Below, piece by piece: positions 41,989-50,527 of a DNA stretch of 64,000 bases. The notes under the pieces are model-generated. The model did not search any database, was not told the origin of the DNA, and saw nothing but the letters and a program-made list of their open reading frames with translations. The number at the start of each line of letters is the position of its first letter. Within the stretch, counting starts at the first letter, position 1. This DNA is from a virus, in IMG/VR virus record IMGVR_UViG_3300045988_023906, one strand, 5' to 3'. The translations under genes were made by a program, and so were the position numbers.

Positions 41989-42800
41989 CACAAATAAAGG
42001 CAGTAAAGAAGGTAGGAGGTTTCCTACCTTCTGCTACAAAACGATTTTGTACAGCCTCTTGGCTTGCAGGCCATTCTGGTATATTTGATACCAACTCCCT
42101 ACAAGGGTATGAAGCAAAAGACTTTGTGAGTGAAATGCATATAAAGCCTGCTATAGTAACAACTAAATATGAAATAACAATTCCTGAGGTGAGGGTTTCT
42201 TTTGGATTTGAAAGTGGCACTCCTCAAAGATTTACATATCTTAGTGACTCTGACCAATTATCACAGACTAAGGCAGTCTTATGTGCAGTACCTGTTGATG
42301 GTGGTCAGATTTCTTCAAGTGTATATACTCCTACTAATGGTGGTAGAGATGACAATTATGGTGTACAGTATATGCTATTCTCAGGCATGAAAATATCTGT
42401 TGTTGCAGGCACCTCACTAGCTAAGTTATACATAGTATTGTATAATGACCAAAATACCATGGTTCAGTATAATAACAAGAGCATTACCAATCTTATGTCA
42501 GGTAACAACATATATAAGCTGGCTAATGCTACTATGAGAAATAGTTCTGTTTACAGTAGCCTGTTTAATGGTGCAAATTACACAAAGACACAAGCAGTAG
42601 GTGATTCTAATGGTAATGCTACTAATTCTGTGTGGTGTGCTATGCTTCCATTGACAGATGATGGAAAATCTAATGGGAGTTATTCAGTAGGTTCAAGCAT
42701 GGAGACACCTCCCACTAATGTCAATTCTAACCAGCAACTGTACAACTTCAAGGGTTCTATAGTTTACAACAAATTAAGTTCATTTACTCCAACTACATAG
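41970..42800 (+). CDS. hypothetical structural protein
   Basis: 276-aa ORF in the fibre module. Confidence 0.55.
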   Translation: MGREFMTQIKAVKKVGGFLPSATKRFCTASWLAGHSGIFDTNSLQGYEAKDFVSEMHIKPAIVTTKYEITIPEVRVSFGFESGTPQRFTYLSDSDQLSQTKAVLCAVPVDGGQISSSVYTPTNGGRDDNYGVQYMLFSGMKISVVAGTSLAKLYIVLYNDQNTMVQYNNKSITNLMSGNNIYKLANATMRNSSVYSSLFNGANYTKTQAVGDSNGNATNSVWCAMLPLTDDGKSNGSYSVGSSMETPPTNVNSNQQLYNFKGSIVYNKLSSFTPTT

Positions 42801-42802
42801 CT

Positions 42803-43417
42803 ATGAGAAAGATATTAGTAAGTATTATATCAGTGATTATGCTGGCTTCCATATCCTGTTCCATGTATTACTGCAATGGGTATAAGAAAATATCTGATGA
42901 GTTGGCTGTTGCAGTGAATAACAATAAGGCATACTCCTTGGAGAACAGTTCCCTGAAGAAGGAAAATAGAGTGTATAAGCTAACTGCTGAGCAGCTTGAG
43001 TATTACAGTGATTCCATTACTGTTGAAATGGACAGGATTAGAAAGGAGTTGAAGATAAAGGATAAGGATTTGCAATACTTACAATATCTGTTATCTACAT
43101 CAGAAAGGATAGATACTGTTACTTTCCAAGATACCATATTCAGTGAAACAACATTTCATGTTGATACTCTGATTGGGGATAAATGGTATCAGTTGAAGCT
43201 GGGAATGAAATTCCCTAATGTCATTACAGTGCATCCTAAATTTGTAAGTGAGAAATACATAGTTACACATAGCAAGAAAGAGACTGTAAATCCTCCTAAG
43301 AAATTTTTTCTGTTTAGATGGTTTCAGAAGAAACATAGAGTGGTGGAAGTTACTATTGTGGAAAATAGTCCTTATGTGAATAATAAGCAGCAAAAATTTA
43401 TTGAAATAATTAAATGA
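42803..43417 (+). CDS. membrane-anchored/lipoprotein-like protein (lysis cassette member)
   Basis: 204 aa. The N-terminal hydrophobic segment ends in ASISCS. A coiled-coil region follows. Confidence 0.5.
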   Translation: MRKILVSIISVIMLASISCSMYYCNGYKKISDELAVAVNNNKAYSLENSSLKKENRVYKLTAEQLEYYSDSITVEMDRIRKELKIKDKDLQYLQYLLSTSERIDTVTFQDTIFSETTFHVDTLIGDKWYQLKLGMKFPNVITVHPKFVSEKYIVTHSKKETVNPPKKFFLFRWFQKKHRVVEVTIVENSPYVNNKQQKFIEIIK

Positions 43418-43418
43418 C

Positions 43419-43799
43419 ATGATTGACCTAGGTATATTAATTACTGGAGGAGTAGGGATAATAACCACAGTAATCAGTGGTTGGACTTCTTGGTTCTTTG
43501 CAAGAAGAAAGTATAATAGTGAGGTAGATAATAACCTCATAGAGAACATGCAGCAGTCTTTGGAGTTTTATAAGAAGTTGTCTGATGACAACAAAAACAG
43601 ACTTGACGAGGTTCTTAAAAGAAATGCAGAGCTGGAACAGGAGATAAAGGATTTAAGGAAGCAGATGTTCAGTCTCATGAACTCCATCTGTACTGACCTT
43701 ACTTGTCAGTTGAGAAAAAGAAACTTGAATTTATTTAATGAGCAAAATGGAACTGATAGTAGACAGGAAATGGAAGAAACAGAGTTACACGATAAGTAA
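43419..43799 (+). CDS. single-TM coiled-coil protein (holin/spanin-like)
   Basis: 126 aa. The TM helix is GILITGGVGIITTVISGWTSWFF, followed by a charged coiled coil. Confidence 0.5.
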   Translation: MIDLGILITGGVGIITTVISGWTSWFFARRKYNSEVDNNLIENMQQSLEFYKKLSDDNKNRLDEVLKRNAELEQEIKDLRKQMFSLMNSICTDLTCQLRKRNLNLFNEQNGTDSRQEMEETELHDK

Positions 43800-44211
43800 C
43801 CTCCTTGTAGATGGGAAGTGGTTCTGTAATGTACTTGAAGATACTGATAGAGGATTAGATGACAGCATGAGTGTCGCTAAAATCAAATCCTTAAAGAAAT
43901 CAGGCATTACAGCAATCCCTAGCGGAACTTATGATGTAACTTTAGATGTATATAGCCCTAAGTTTGAGTCTAAATCTTTCTACAAAGAAACATGCAATGG
44001 CAAATTGCCCAGACTTCTTAATGTAAAGGGGTTTGATGGTATCCTTATACATGCAGGTAATACAGATAAGGATACTTCAGGATGTCTCTTGGTAGGTGTA
44101 AACTCTGAAGTTGGTAAGGTTCTGAATAGTCGGGATACATTCAGGAAGCTATATAAGCTACTTCAAGAGGGCAAGAATAGAGGTGAGAAAATAACCATAA
44201 AAATTCTATGA
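43738..44211 (+). CDS. putative cell-wall hydrolase (DUF5675 / YkuD-like H...GC motif)
   Basis: 157 aa. It contains TISNLLVDGKWFCNVLEDTDRGL and ILIHAGNTDKDTSGCLLVG. Confidence 0.45.
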   Translation: MSKMELIVDRKWKKQSYTISNLLVDGKWFCNVLEDTDRGLDDSMSVAKIKSLKKSGITAIPSGTYDVTLDVYSPKFESKSFYKETCNGKLPRLLNVKGFDGILIHAGNTDKDTSGCLLVGVNSEVGKVLNSRDTFRKLYKLLQEGKNRGEKITIKIL

Positions 44212-44262
44212 TATGGCAAAGAAGTGTGGTTGCAAAGGAAAAGGTAAGAACAATAGAGGTAA

Positions 44263-44523
44263 ATGATTATGGATGCAAGAATAGTTTCAAATCAAGTTAT
44301 AAATAGCCTTCAAATATCTGTACTGAAGGAGGTGCCTTCAGGGAACTTCAATCCCGGAGTCAACTTCCTACTGAAGAATATATCTGATAATGATGTGGAG
44401 GTTACTATAATTCCAGCAGGACAAAAGGATAGCATAAAGACTATTCTAGGTGTTGGATGGAATCCAGAGATATGTAAAGGTGTTATAAATGCCCCTTCAG
44501 GAGTTCTTCAATATGGATATTAA
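44263..44523 (+). CDS. hypothetical protein
   Basis: 86-aa ORF. Confidence 0.45.
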   Translation: MIMDARIVSNQVINSLQISVLKEVPSGNFNPGVNFLLKNISDNDVEVTIIPAGQKDSIKTILGVGWNPEICKGVINAPSGVLQYGY

Positions 44524-44526
44524 GAT

Positions 44527-46623
44527 ATGGCAACAGCAATTATAGGTACATTAAAGCATCTTCCTAAGGCATCAATACTGCCTACTTTACCAGAGACAGG
44601 TAGACCTAACAGGATATATTTTATCCCCAATGAAGACCCTACAGAAGATAATAGGTATAATGAATATCTATGGGTAAAGGATGAGACTTATCCTGATGGC
44701 CATTGGGAGCTTGTTGGTCCTGCCACAATAGACCTGACTGATTATGCCACTAAGGAAGAGGTAAGTGATTTGGAAGACTCCATAGGTGAGCAAATAAAGA
44801 AGTATTTGCCCTTATCAGGAGGTACAATGGATAAGGGCAGCAACATATCCTTCCCATCAGATAGTGGGAGTACTGTGTATAATGGTTCTGGAATATCAGT
44901 GGGTGGCAAAGCCAGTACTGACATCCTACATGCAGCAGGAGGCACTACTAAAATCAAGACCTTGAATGGAGAATCTATGTTAGGAGAAGGTAATATTGTA
45001 ATAGACCCTTCAAGTGTTCCAGTATCTTTAAGCTGGTATAATAGGACTAGCAGTCAGCAGGATGCCACAATAAACCTGACAATTGGAGATACCACAGTAA
45101 ACCTATTCCCTAATATATTCAAATTATTTAAGGCTGGTAAAGTTTCCACTTCCGAGTCCCTTAGTATAGAACTTACTGCTAATCCTGGGGTAAGTGGGAC
45201 ACCACAAGTTCCTACCTCATTATGCCAGTGGAGCATACCTTTGGCTGACAGTAATACCGCAGGTATTATATCAAGTGAGGATAAGGCTAAGTTAGATAAC
45301 CTATCTGACCCAAAGAATTTGCTAGCTTATGGTGTGGAATGGGATTCTACCAACAGTAGCCCTGTACTTACTAGAATAGGTAACATGAGCCTGCATAAGT
45401 CTCTCCCAATACAATCAGCATTAAGAGGATGTGTATGCCAAGGTAAAAGGATAATGTATTATTTGGACCCAAATGACTGGTCTAAGAAAGCAGATGGTAC
45501 AGATTCCAGATTGGATGGATATGATGGTACTGTACAGGTAGAAGTACCTGAATTTTATTTGTGGTCTGAAACGGAAGGAACCAAATCCAGAGTATATGTG
45601 TCTACCCAAAAAGTAGTTTCTTATGCTATAAGGATTCCTCATATGTTGGTAGATGCTTATAGGAGTACTGTACTTAATGAAGTGCCTGAGGATATGGGCT
45701 ATTTATCTACACTTCAAGTAAATAGTGCTATTTCAGTTGTAAATACCTCTTCTTATTGTAGAGGAGGAAATAATAGCTCTAGCAGTGATACCTACTTGGA
45801 ATCGGATAAATTCAGGACTAGTTTAGGAAAACCTAGAACAAACACTAGTAGGGCAAACTTCAGAACTTATGCCAAAAATGCTGGCAAGATGTTGCTTACT
45901 TATGAGTACTACAAATCAATATTCTATTGGTTGTATGTTATAGAATATGCAAACTTCAATAGTCAGGCAAACTATGTTGAAGATTTGACTGAAGATGGAT
46001 ATAGACAGGGAGGGCTTGGCAATGGAGTTACTACTTGGAGTGATGCTGTTTGGAATACTTATAATGGCAGATGCCCAATAACTCCATGTGGGTATTGTAA
46101 TGAGTTTGGTAACTTTACTGGAATTAAGGACTTGGTAATTCCTGCTTCAGATGGTATCAGTACCGTAACTTTCAAAGTACCAAGGTGGAGAGGATTTGAT
46201 AATGTGTTTGGAGATATTTGGACTAATCTGGATGGTATCCTAATAGATACTTCTGTCAGTGCCAGTAAGTCCACACCAAACTATGTGTATATTATAAATG
46301 ACCCTGATAAGTTCACTGATACTTTGTCAGATGCACCTACCAATGCGGATAGAGTAGTAGTATCAGGACATACAGGAGGGTATATTACAAAGTGGGCATT
46401 AGGGGAGTATGCAGATATAATACCTGTTAGTGTTGGTGGTTCTGCAACTACTTATATGTGTGACTGTTACTGGGTAGATTCTGATAATACTCAGAATACA
46501 CTACTGGTTGGTGGCCGGGCTCATTATGGTTCTAATGCTGGCTTGGCTTACTTCTTTTCTGCTCATGGTTCGGGTTATGTTTCTGCCCATGTCGGCTTTA
46601 GGTGCTTAACACTGATAAGCTGA
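44527..46623 (+). CDS. tail fibre / receptor-binding protein; DGR target gene (variable repeat at its C-terminus)
   Basis: 698 aa. The C-terminus GGRAHYGSNAGLAYFFSAHGSGYVSAHVGFRC is the coding copy of the 106-bp repeat. Confidence 0.75.
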   Translation: MATAIIGTLKHLPKASILPTLPETGRPNRIYFIPNEDPTEDNRYNEYLWVKDETYPDGHWELVGPATIDLTDYATKEEVSDLEDSIGEQIKKYLPLSGGTMDKGSNISFPSDSGSTVYNGSGISVGGKASTDILHAAGGTTKIKTLNGESMLGEGNIVIDPSSVPVSLSWYNRTSSQQDATINLTIGDTTVNLFPNIFKLFKAGKVSTSESLSIELTANPGVSGTPQVPTSLCQWSIPLADSNTAGIISSEDKAKLDNLSDPKNLLAYGVEWDSTNSSPVLTRIGNMSLHKSLPIQSALRGCVCQGKRIMYYLDPNDWSKKADGTDSRLDGYDGTVQVEVPEFYLWSETEGTKSRVYVSTQKVVSYAIRIPHMLVDAYRSTVLNEVPEDMGYLSTLQVNSAISVVNTSSYCRGGNNSSSSDTYLESDKFRTSLGKPRTNTSRANFRTYAKNAGKMLLTYEYYKSIFYWLYVIEYANFNSQANYVEDLTEDGYRQGGLGNGVTTWSDAVWNTYNGRCPITPCGYCNEFGNFTGIKDLVIPASDGISTVTFKVPRWRGFDNVFGDIWTNLDGILIDTSVSASKSTPNYVYIINDPDKFTDTLSDAPTNADRVVVSGHTGGYITKWALGEYADIIPVSVGGSATTYMCDCYWVDSDNTQNTLLVGGRAHYGSNAGLAYFFSAHGSGYVSAHVGFRCLTLIS
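46499..46604 (+). repeat. DGR variable repeat (VR)
   Basis: Base-by-base alignment to 46697-46802 (offset 198) gives 80 identities and 26 mismatches. Every mismatch is opposite an A in the other copy. Confidence 0.85.
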
Positions 46624-46696
46624 TTTGATAAAGAAAAGAAAATCATAGTTTTACTATGTAGGACATATATTATACGACTTGGTTAGTTCTAATTGT

Positions 46697-46802
46697 AAAA
46701 ACTAGTTAGTAGCAAGGCTAATAATGGTTCTAATGCTAGCTTGGCTAACTTCAATTCTACTAATAGTTCAGGTAATGTTAATGCCAATATCAGCTTAAGG
46801 TA
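46697..46802 (+). repeat. DGR template repeat (TR)
   Basis: This is the non-coding copy. In the VR frame it is AAT/AAC-rich (NNGSNASLANFNSTNSSGNVNANISLRY). Homology ends at non-A mismatches on both sides. Confidence 0.85.
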
Positions 46803-46848
46803 TTTTTTTTTTGTTTTCTCTTTAAATTTTATATGTGATATATGTTCC

Positions 46849-46862
46849 TTGCCTCTAGGCAA
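46849..46862 (+). other. small hairpin TTGCC-TCTA-GGCAA in the TR-to-RT spacer
   Basis: Read directly. In functional DGRs this spacer region is part of the priming RNA. Confidence 0.3.
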
Positions 46863-46928
46863 AAGATAAATAGTTTAAAAAGTACTAGTAAGAGTTGCTG
46901 AAAGTGCTTAATATGAAACACCTAAATT

Positions 46929-47345
46929 ATGGTTAAAAGAAAAGGAAATTTGATTTTATCCCTATGCAGGATGGATAATATTCTCTTGGCAGATACAAAT
47001 GCTAGGAAAGCTAAAAGGAGGAGTAGAAGATTTATAGAAAAACATGATAAGAATATTATAGAAGAGGATAGAAACTACCCTAGAAGGCATGAAGATGATG
47101 GTTTCATGGATGTGTTTGATTCTAGAAGCAATAGGTTTGGTGACAGGTTCAGAGACTCTGGCATGAGAGGAAATGACATGGACAGAATAATAAAGTACAT
47201 GAGACATTCCATGAATGATGGAGAACACTTTACTGAATCTGAAGCTATGGATTTGGTATCTAATATGAGGGTGGCAGAAAGTATAGTGGAGAAAAGTTTG
47301 ATATACATAAGGCAAAGGAAATTTGTGAAAGGTATAGAGGAGTGA
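46929..47345 (+). CDS. 138-aa ORF whose first ~45 aa resemble a DGR reverse-transcriptase N-terminus; RT catalytic motifs are absent (truncated or chimeric RT remnant)
   Basis: KRKGNLILSLCRMDNILLADTNARKAKRRSRRFIEKHDKNIIE resembles RT N-termini. The remainder (RNYPRRHEDDGFMDVFDSRSNRFGDRF...) has no YxDD or finger/palm motifs. Confidence 0.45.
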   Translation: MVKRKGNLILSLCRMDNILLADTNARKAKRRSRRFIEKHDKNIIEEDRNYPRRHEDDGFMDVFDSRSNRFGDRFRDSGMRGNDMDRIIKYMRHSMNDGEHFTESEAMDLVSNMRVAESIVEKSLIYIRQRKFVKGIEE

Positions 47346-47539
47346 TTCCTGTGTCTGCAACTCCTACTGATGTGTATGTGGCAATCAACTCACAGTATCA
47401 TGATTATGTTGAGCTGTTTAAGAGTTGGTTTGGTGATAATGTAGACCAAAAGATAATAGAATCTGCTATTATATTCTGGTTCAAAGATGTGGATTGCAAA
47501 GCCGAAAACAAGGTAGTAGAATATCTTGGAGAATACTAA
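47342..47539 (+). CDS. hypothetical small protein
   Basis: 65-aa ORF followed by a terminator. Confidence 0.4.
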   Translation: MIPVSATPTDVYVAINSQYHDYVELFKSWFGDNVDQKIIESAIIFWFKDVDCKAENKVVEYLGEY

Positions 47540-47545
47540 TAAGAT

Positions 47546-47577
47546 AAGGGTAAGAGGTAATCTTACCCTTTCTTTTT
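47546..47577 (+). terminator. rho-independent terminator
   Basis: AAGGGTAAGA-GGTAA-TCTTACCCTT followed by TCTTTTT. Confidence 0.8.
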
Positions 47578-47653
47578 GTCCATATTGCAAGTATTTTTAT
47601 ATGCTACTAATAAGTGTTTTATTTACTATCTTGCAGATATGCAAAACTTTACT

Positions 47654-47661
47654 TACCTTTG
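47654..47661 (+). promoter_or_regulatory. Bacteroides-type -7 box (TACCTTTG, within CTTTACTTACCTTTGCA)
   Basis: It lies 32 nt upstream of the ATG at 47693 and opens the head-gene operon. Confidence 0.6.
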
Positions 47662-47692
47662 CACTGTTTTAAGAACAAAAAGGTAGAAGAGT

Positions 47693-48859
47693 ATGGAAGA
47701 AGAACTTAGCTTAGATAACATCTTAGGAGCAGAGGAGATTGAGAATCTGTTTGTAGAAGATGAGGATACACAGGATACCCCACCTGCAAATGGGGAGCCT
47801 CCTAAGAAAGAGGAGGAGCCAAATAAGGATAAAGAAGAAACTACTGAGGTTGTTGATGTAGATAACTTATTTACTGATACACCAGAGAGCGTAGGTAGTG
47901 GAAAAGAAAATACAGAGGAAAAGGAAGATACCACTCCTAAAGGGGATGGCACTTCTCCCAAAAACTTCTACTCTTCCATTGCCAAAGCCTTGAAAGAGGA
48001 AGGTATCTTCCCAGCCCTTGATGATGAGGGCTTATCTAAGGTTAAAGACCCTGAAGACTTTAGAGATTTAATTGACCAACAGATAAAGGCAGGTCTTGAT
48101 GAAAGACAGAGAAGAATTGATGAAGCCTTGAATGCTGGAGTTGAACCTACAGAGATTAGAAAGTATGAGAATACTATAAACTTCCTTGATTCTATTAAGG
48201 AAGAGAATATCTCTGATGAAGGTGATAAGGGAGAAAAACTTAGAAAAGACCTGATTTATCAAGACTTTATCAATAGAGGTTATAGTAAGGAAAGAGCTGC
48301 AAGAGAAGTGCAAAAGTCTTTCAATGCTGGTACTGATATTGATGATGCAAAAGAGGCTTTGAAAAGTAATATTGACTTCTTCAAAGATAAGTATGATGAG
48401 CTTGTCAATGAGGCTAAGTCAGAAGCAGAACAGGAAGAGAAAGAAAGAAAGAAACAGGCTGAAAAGCTTAAATTATCAATCCTTAATGACAAGGATGTGT
48501 TTGGGGATTTATCAATAGATAAATCAACAAGACAGAAGGTTTATGATAACATAGCTAAGCCTGTGTATAAAGACCCAGAGACAGGAGAGTACTTTACTGC
48601 TATCCAAAAATATGAGATGGAGAACAGAACAGACTTCCTAAAGAACATTGGGTTACTTTTCACACTAACTGATGGCTTTAAGAACCTTGATGGTTTGGTG
48701 AAAGGTAAAGTAAAGAAAGAAGTAAAGAAAGGTCTTAGAGAGCTGGAACATACTCTCAACAACACAGCAAGAACCTCAGATGGTAATCTAAAGTTTGTCA
48801 GTGGAGTTGATGAGGACCCTGAATCTTTCATAGGAAAAGGGTGGAATCTTGATGTCTAA
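47693..48859 (+). CDS. acidic coiled-coil protein, scaffold-like
   Basis: 388 aa, strongly Glu/Asp/Lys-rich. It lies immediately upstream of the putative major capsid gene. Confidence 0.5.
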   Translation: MEEELSLDNILGAEEIENLFVEDEDTQDTPPANGEPPKKEEEPNKDKEETTEVVDVDNLFTDTPESVGSGKENTEEKEDTTPKGDGTSPKNFYSSIAKALKEEGIFPALDDEGLSKVKDPEDFRDLIDQQIKAGLDERQRRIDEALNAGVEPTEIRKYENTINFLDSIKEENISDEGDKGEKLRKDLIYQDFINRGYSKERAAREVQKSFNAGTDIDDAKEALKSNIDFFKDKYDELVNEAKSEAEQEEKERKKQAEKLKLSILNDKDVFGDLSIDKSTRQKVYDNIAKPVYKDPETGEYFTAIQKYEMENRTDFLKNIGLLFTLTDGFKNLDGLVKGKVKKEVKKGLRELEHTLNNTARTSDGNLKFVSGVDEDPESFIGKGWNLDV

Positions 48860-48946
48860 GCTATGTTTAAGTCTGGTATTTACTTATGGAGAAATAAAAT
48901 TACTAATGGTTTTATAAAAATAATTTATAATTTTTAATATTTTTTG

Positions 48947-50461
48947 ATGATGGCTGGAAAATTAGGTAAGTTTCAAATGGTAGGCTTCCAACACTGGAAG
49001 GGCCTTACTAAGGAAAACCACCTTGGTTCTATCTTTCAGTTAGCTCCACAGAAGGCTACAAACCTAATGGTACAACTGCTGGCCTTCTATAGAGGAAAGA
49101 CACTTGACACATTCCTAAATCAATTCCCAACAAGAGAGTTTGAGGATGATAATGAATACTACTGGGATGTTATTGGTTCTTCAAGGAGAAACATTCCTCT
49201 TGTAGAGGCAAGAGATGAAAATGGTACTGTTGTTACAGATGCCAGTGGTATGATTGGAGTAGGCACTGCTCCCTTCTATTTGGTATTCCCTGAGGATTGG
49301 TTTGCTGATGGTGAATACATTGTAGGTAATCTGAATGAAATCTATCAGTTCAGAATACTTGGAGACCCAAGAATGGAGGGTACTAATGCAGTGTATAAGG
49401 TAGAGCTTGCTGGTGGTAACACAGCAGGTGTTCCTGCTGAAAGATTGCTTGCAGGTGAGAGATTCTCAGTTGAAGCTGCATTTGTTGAGAAGGAACTTTC
49501 AAGAAAGGTTGGTGATGTAAGATTTACAAGCCCTGTTTCTATGAGAAATGAGTGGTCTGTAGTAAGAATCCAACACAAGGTTCCAGGTTCTATGTTGAAC
49601 AAGAAGCTGGCTGTAGGTATTCCTATTGTTAAGGAAACTGAGGGTAGATATACTAAGTCAGTTGCTACAATGTGGATGCACAATGTAGATTGGGAAGTAG
49701 AACAGCAATTCTCTGAGTACAAGAACAATGCACTTGCATTTGGTAGAAGCAACAGAAATGCCAATGGTGAGTACATGAACTTTGGTAAGTCTGGTAATGT
49801 TATTAAGACAGGTGCTGCTCTGTTTGAGCAGATGGAAGTTGCTAATACTGTGTATTACAACACATTCAGCTTGAAGCTTCTTGAAGATGCTCTATATGAG
49901 CTTTCTGCTTCTAAGTTAGACTTTGGAGACAGATACTTCTTGATTAAGACTGGTGAGAGAGGTGCTATCCAATTCCACAAGGAAGTACTAAAGACAGTAT
50001 CAGGTTGGACACAATTTGTTCTTGACAACAGCTCTATTGGTGTTATTCAAAAGACTCAATCTAAGTTGCACCAAAACTCATTGAGTGCTGGTTTCCAATT
50101 TGTTGAGTATAAGGCTCCTAATGGTGTTAGAGTTAAGATTGATGTAGACCCATTCTATGATGACCCAGTAAGAAACAAGATACTTCATCCAAATGGAGGT
50201 GTTGCATTCTCTTACAGATATGATATTATGTACATTGGTACTATGGACCAACCTAATATCTTTAAGTGTAAGATTAAGGGTGACAATGAGTACAGAGGTT
50301 ATCAATGGGGTCTAAGAAACCCATTCACAGGTCAAAAGGGTAATCCTTACATGTCATTTGATGAGGATTCTGCTGTAATTCACAGAATGGCTACTCTTGG
50401 TATCTGTGTTCTTGACCCAACAAGAACTATGTCACTAATCCCTGCAATTCTACAGGGCTAA
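48947..50461 (+). CDS. putative major capsid protein
   Basis: About 504 aa counted from the first ATG (the track starts at a TTG at 48944). It follows the scaffold-like gene and is followed by a strong terminator. Size and position match crAss-like MCPs, but I have no motif proof. Confidence 0.6.
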   Translation: MMAGKLGKFQMVGFQHWKGLTKENHLGSIFQLAPQKATNLMVQLLAFYRGKTLDTFLNQFPTREFEDDNEYYWDVIGSSRRNIPLVEARDENGTVVTDASGMIGVGTAPFYLVFPEDWFADGEYIVGNLNEIYQFRILGDPRMEGTNAVYKVELAGGNTAGVPAERLLAGERFSVEAAFVEKELSRKVGDVRFTSPVSMRNEWSVVRIQHKVPGSMLNKKLAVGIPIVKETEGRYTKSVATMWMHNVDWEVEQQFSEYKNNALAFGRSNRNANGEYMNFGKSGNVIKTGAALFEQMEVANTVYYNTFSLKLLEDALYELSASKLDFGDRYFLIKTGERGAIQFHKEVLKTVSGWTQFVLDNSSIGVIQKTQSKLHQNSLSAGFQFVEYKAPNGVRVKIDVDPFYDDPVRNKILHPNGGVAFSYRYDIMYIGTMDQPNIFKCKIKGDNEYRGYQWGLRNPFTGQKGNPYMSFDEDSAVIHRMATLGICVLDPTRTMSLIPAILQG

Positions 50462-50467
50462 TGATAA

Positions 50468-50507
50468 AAGGGGAGGAAAGATAATCTTCTCTCCCCTTAT
50501 TTTATTT
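50468..50507 (+). terminator. rho-independent terminator
   Basis: AAGGGGAGGAAAG-ATAAT-CTTCTCTCCCCTT followed by ATTTTATTT. Confidence 0.75.
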
Positions 50508-50527
50508 CAAAAAGTTAAGGAGAAGAT

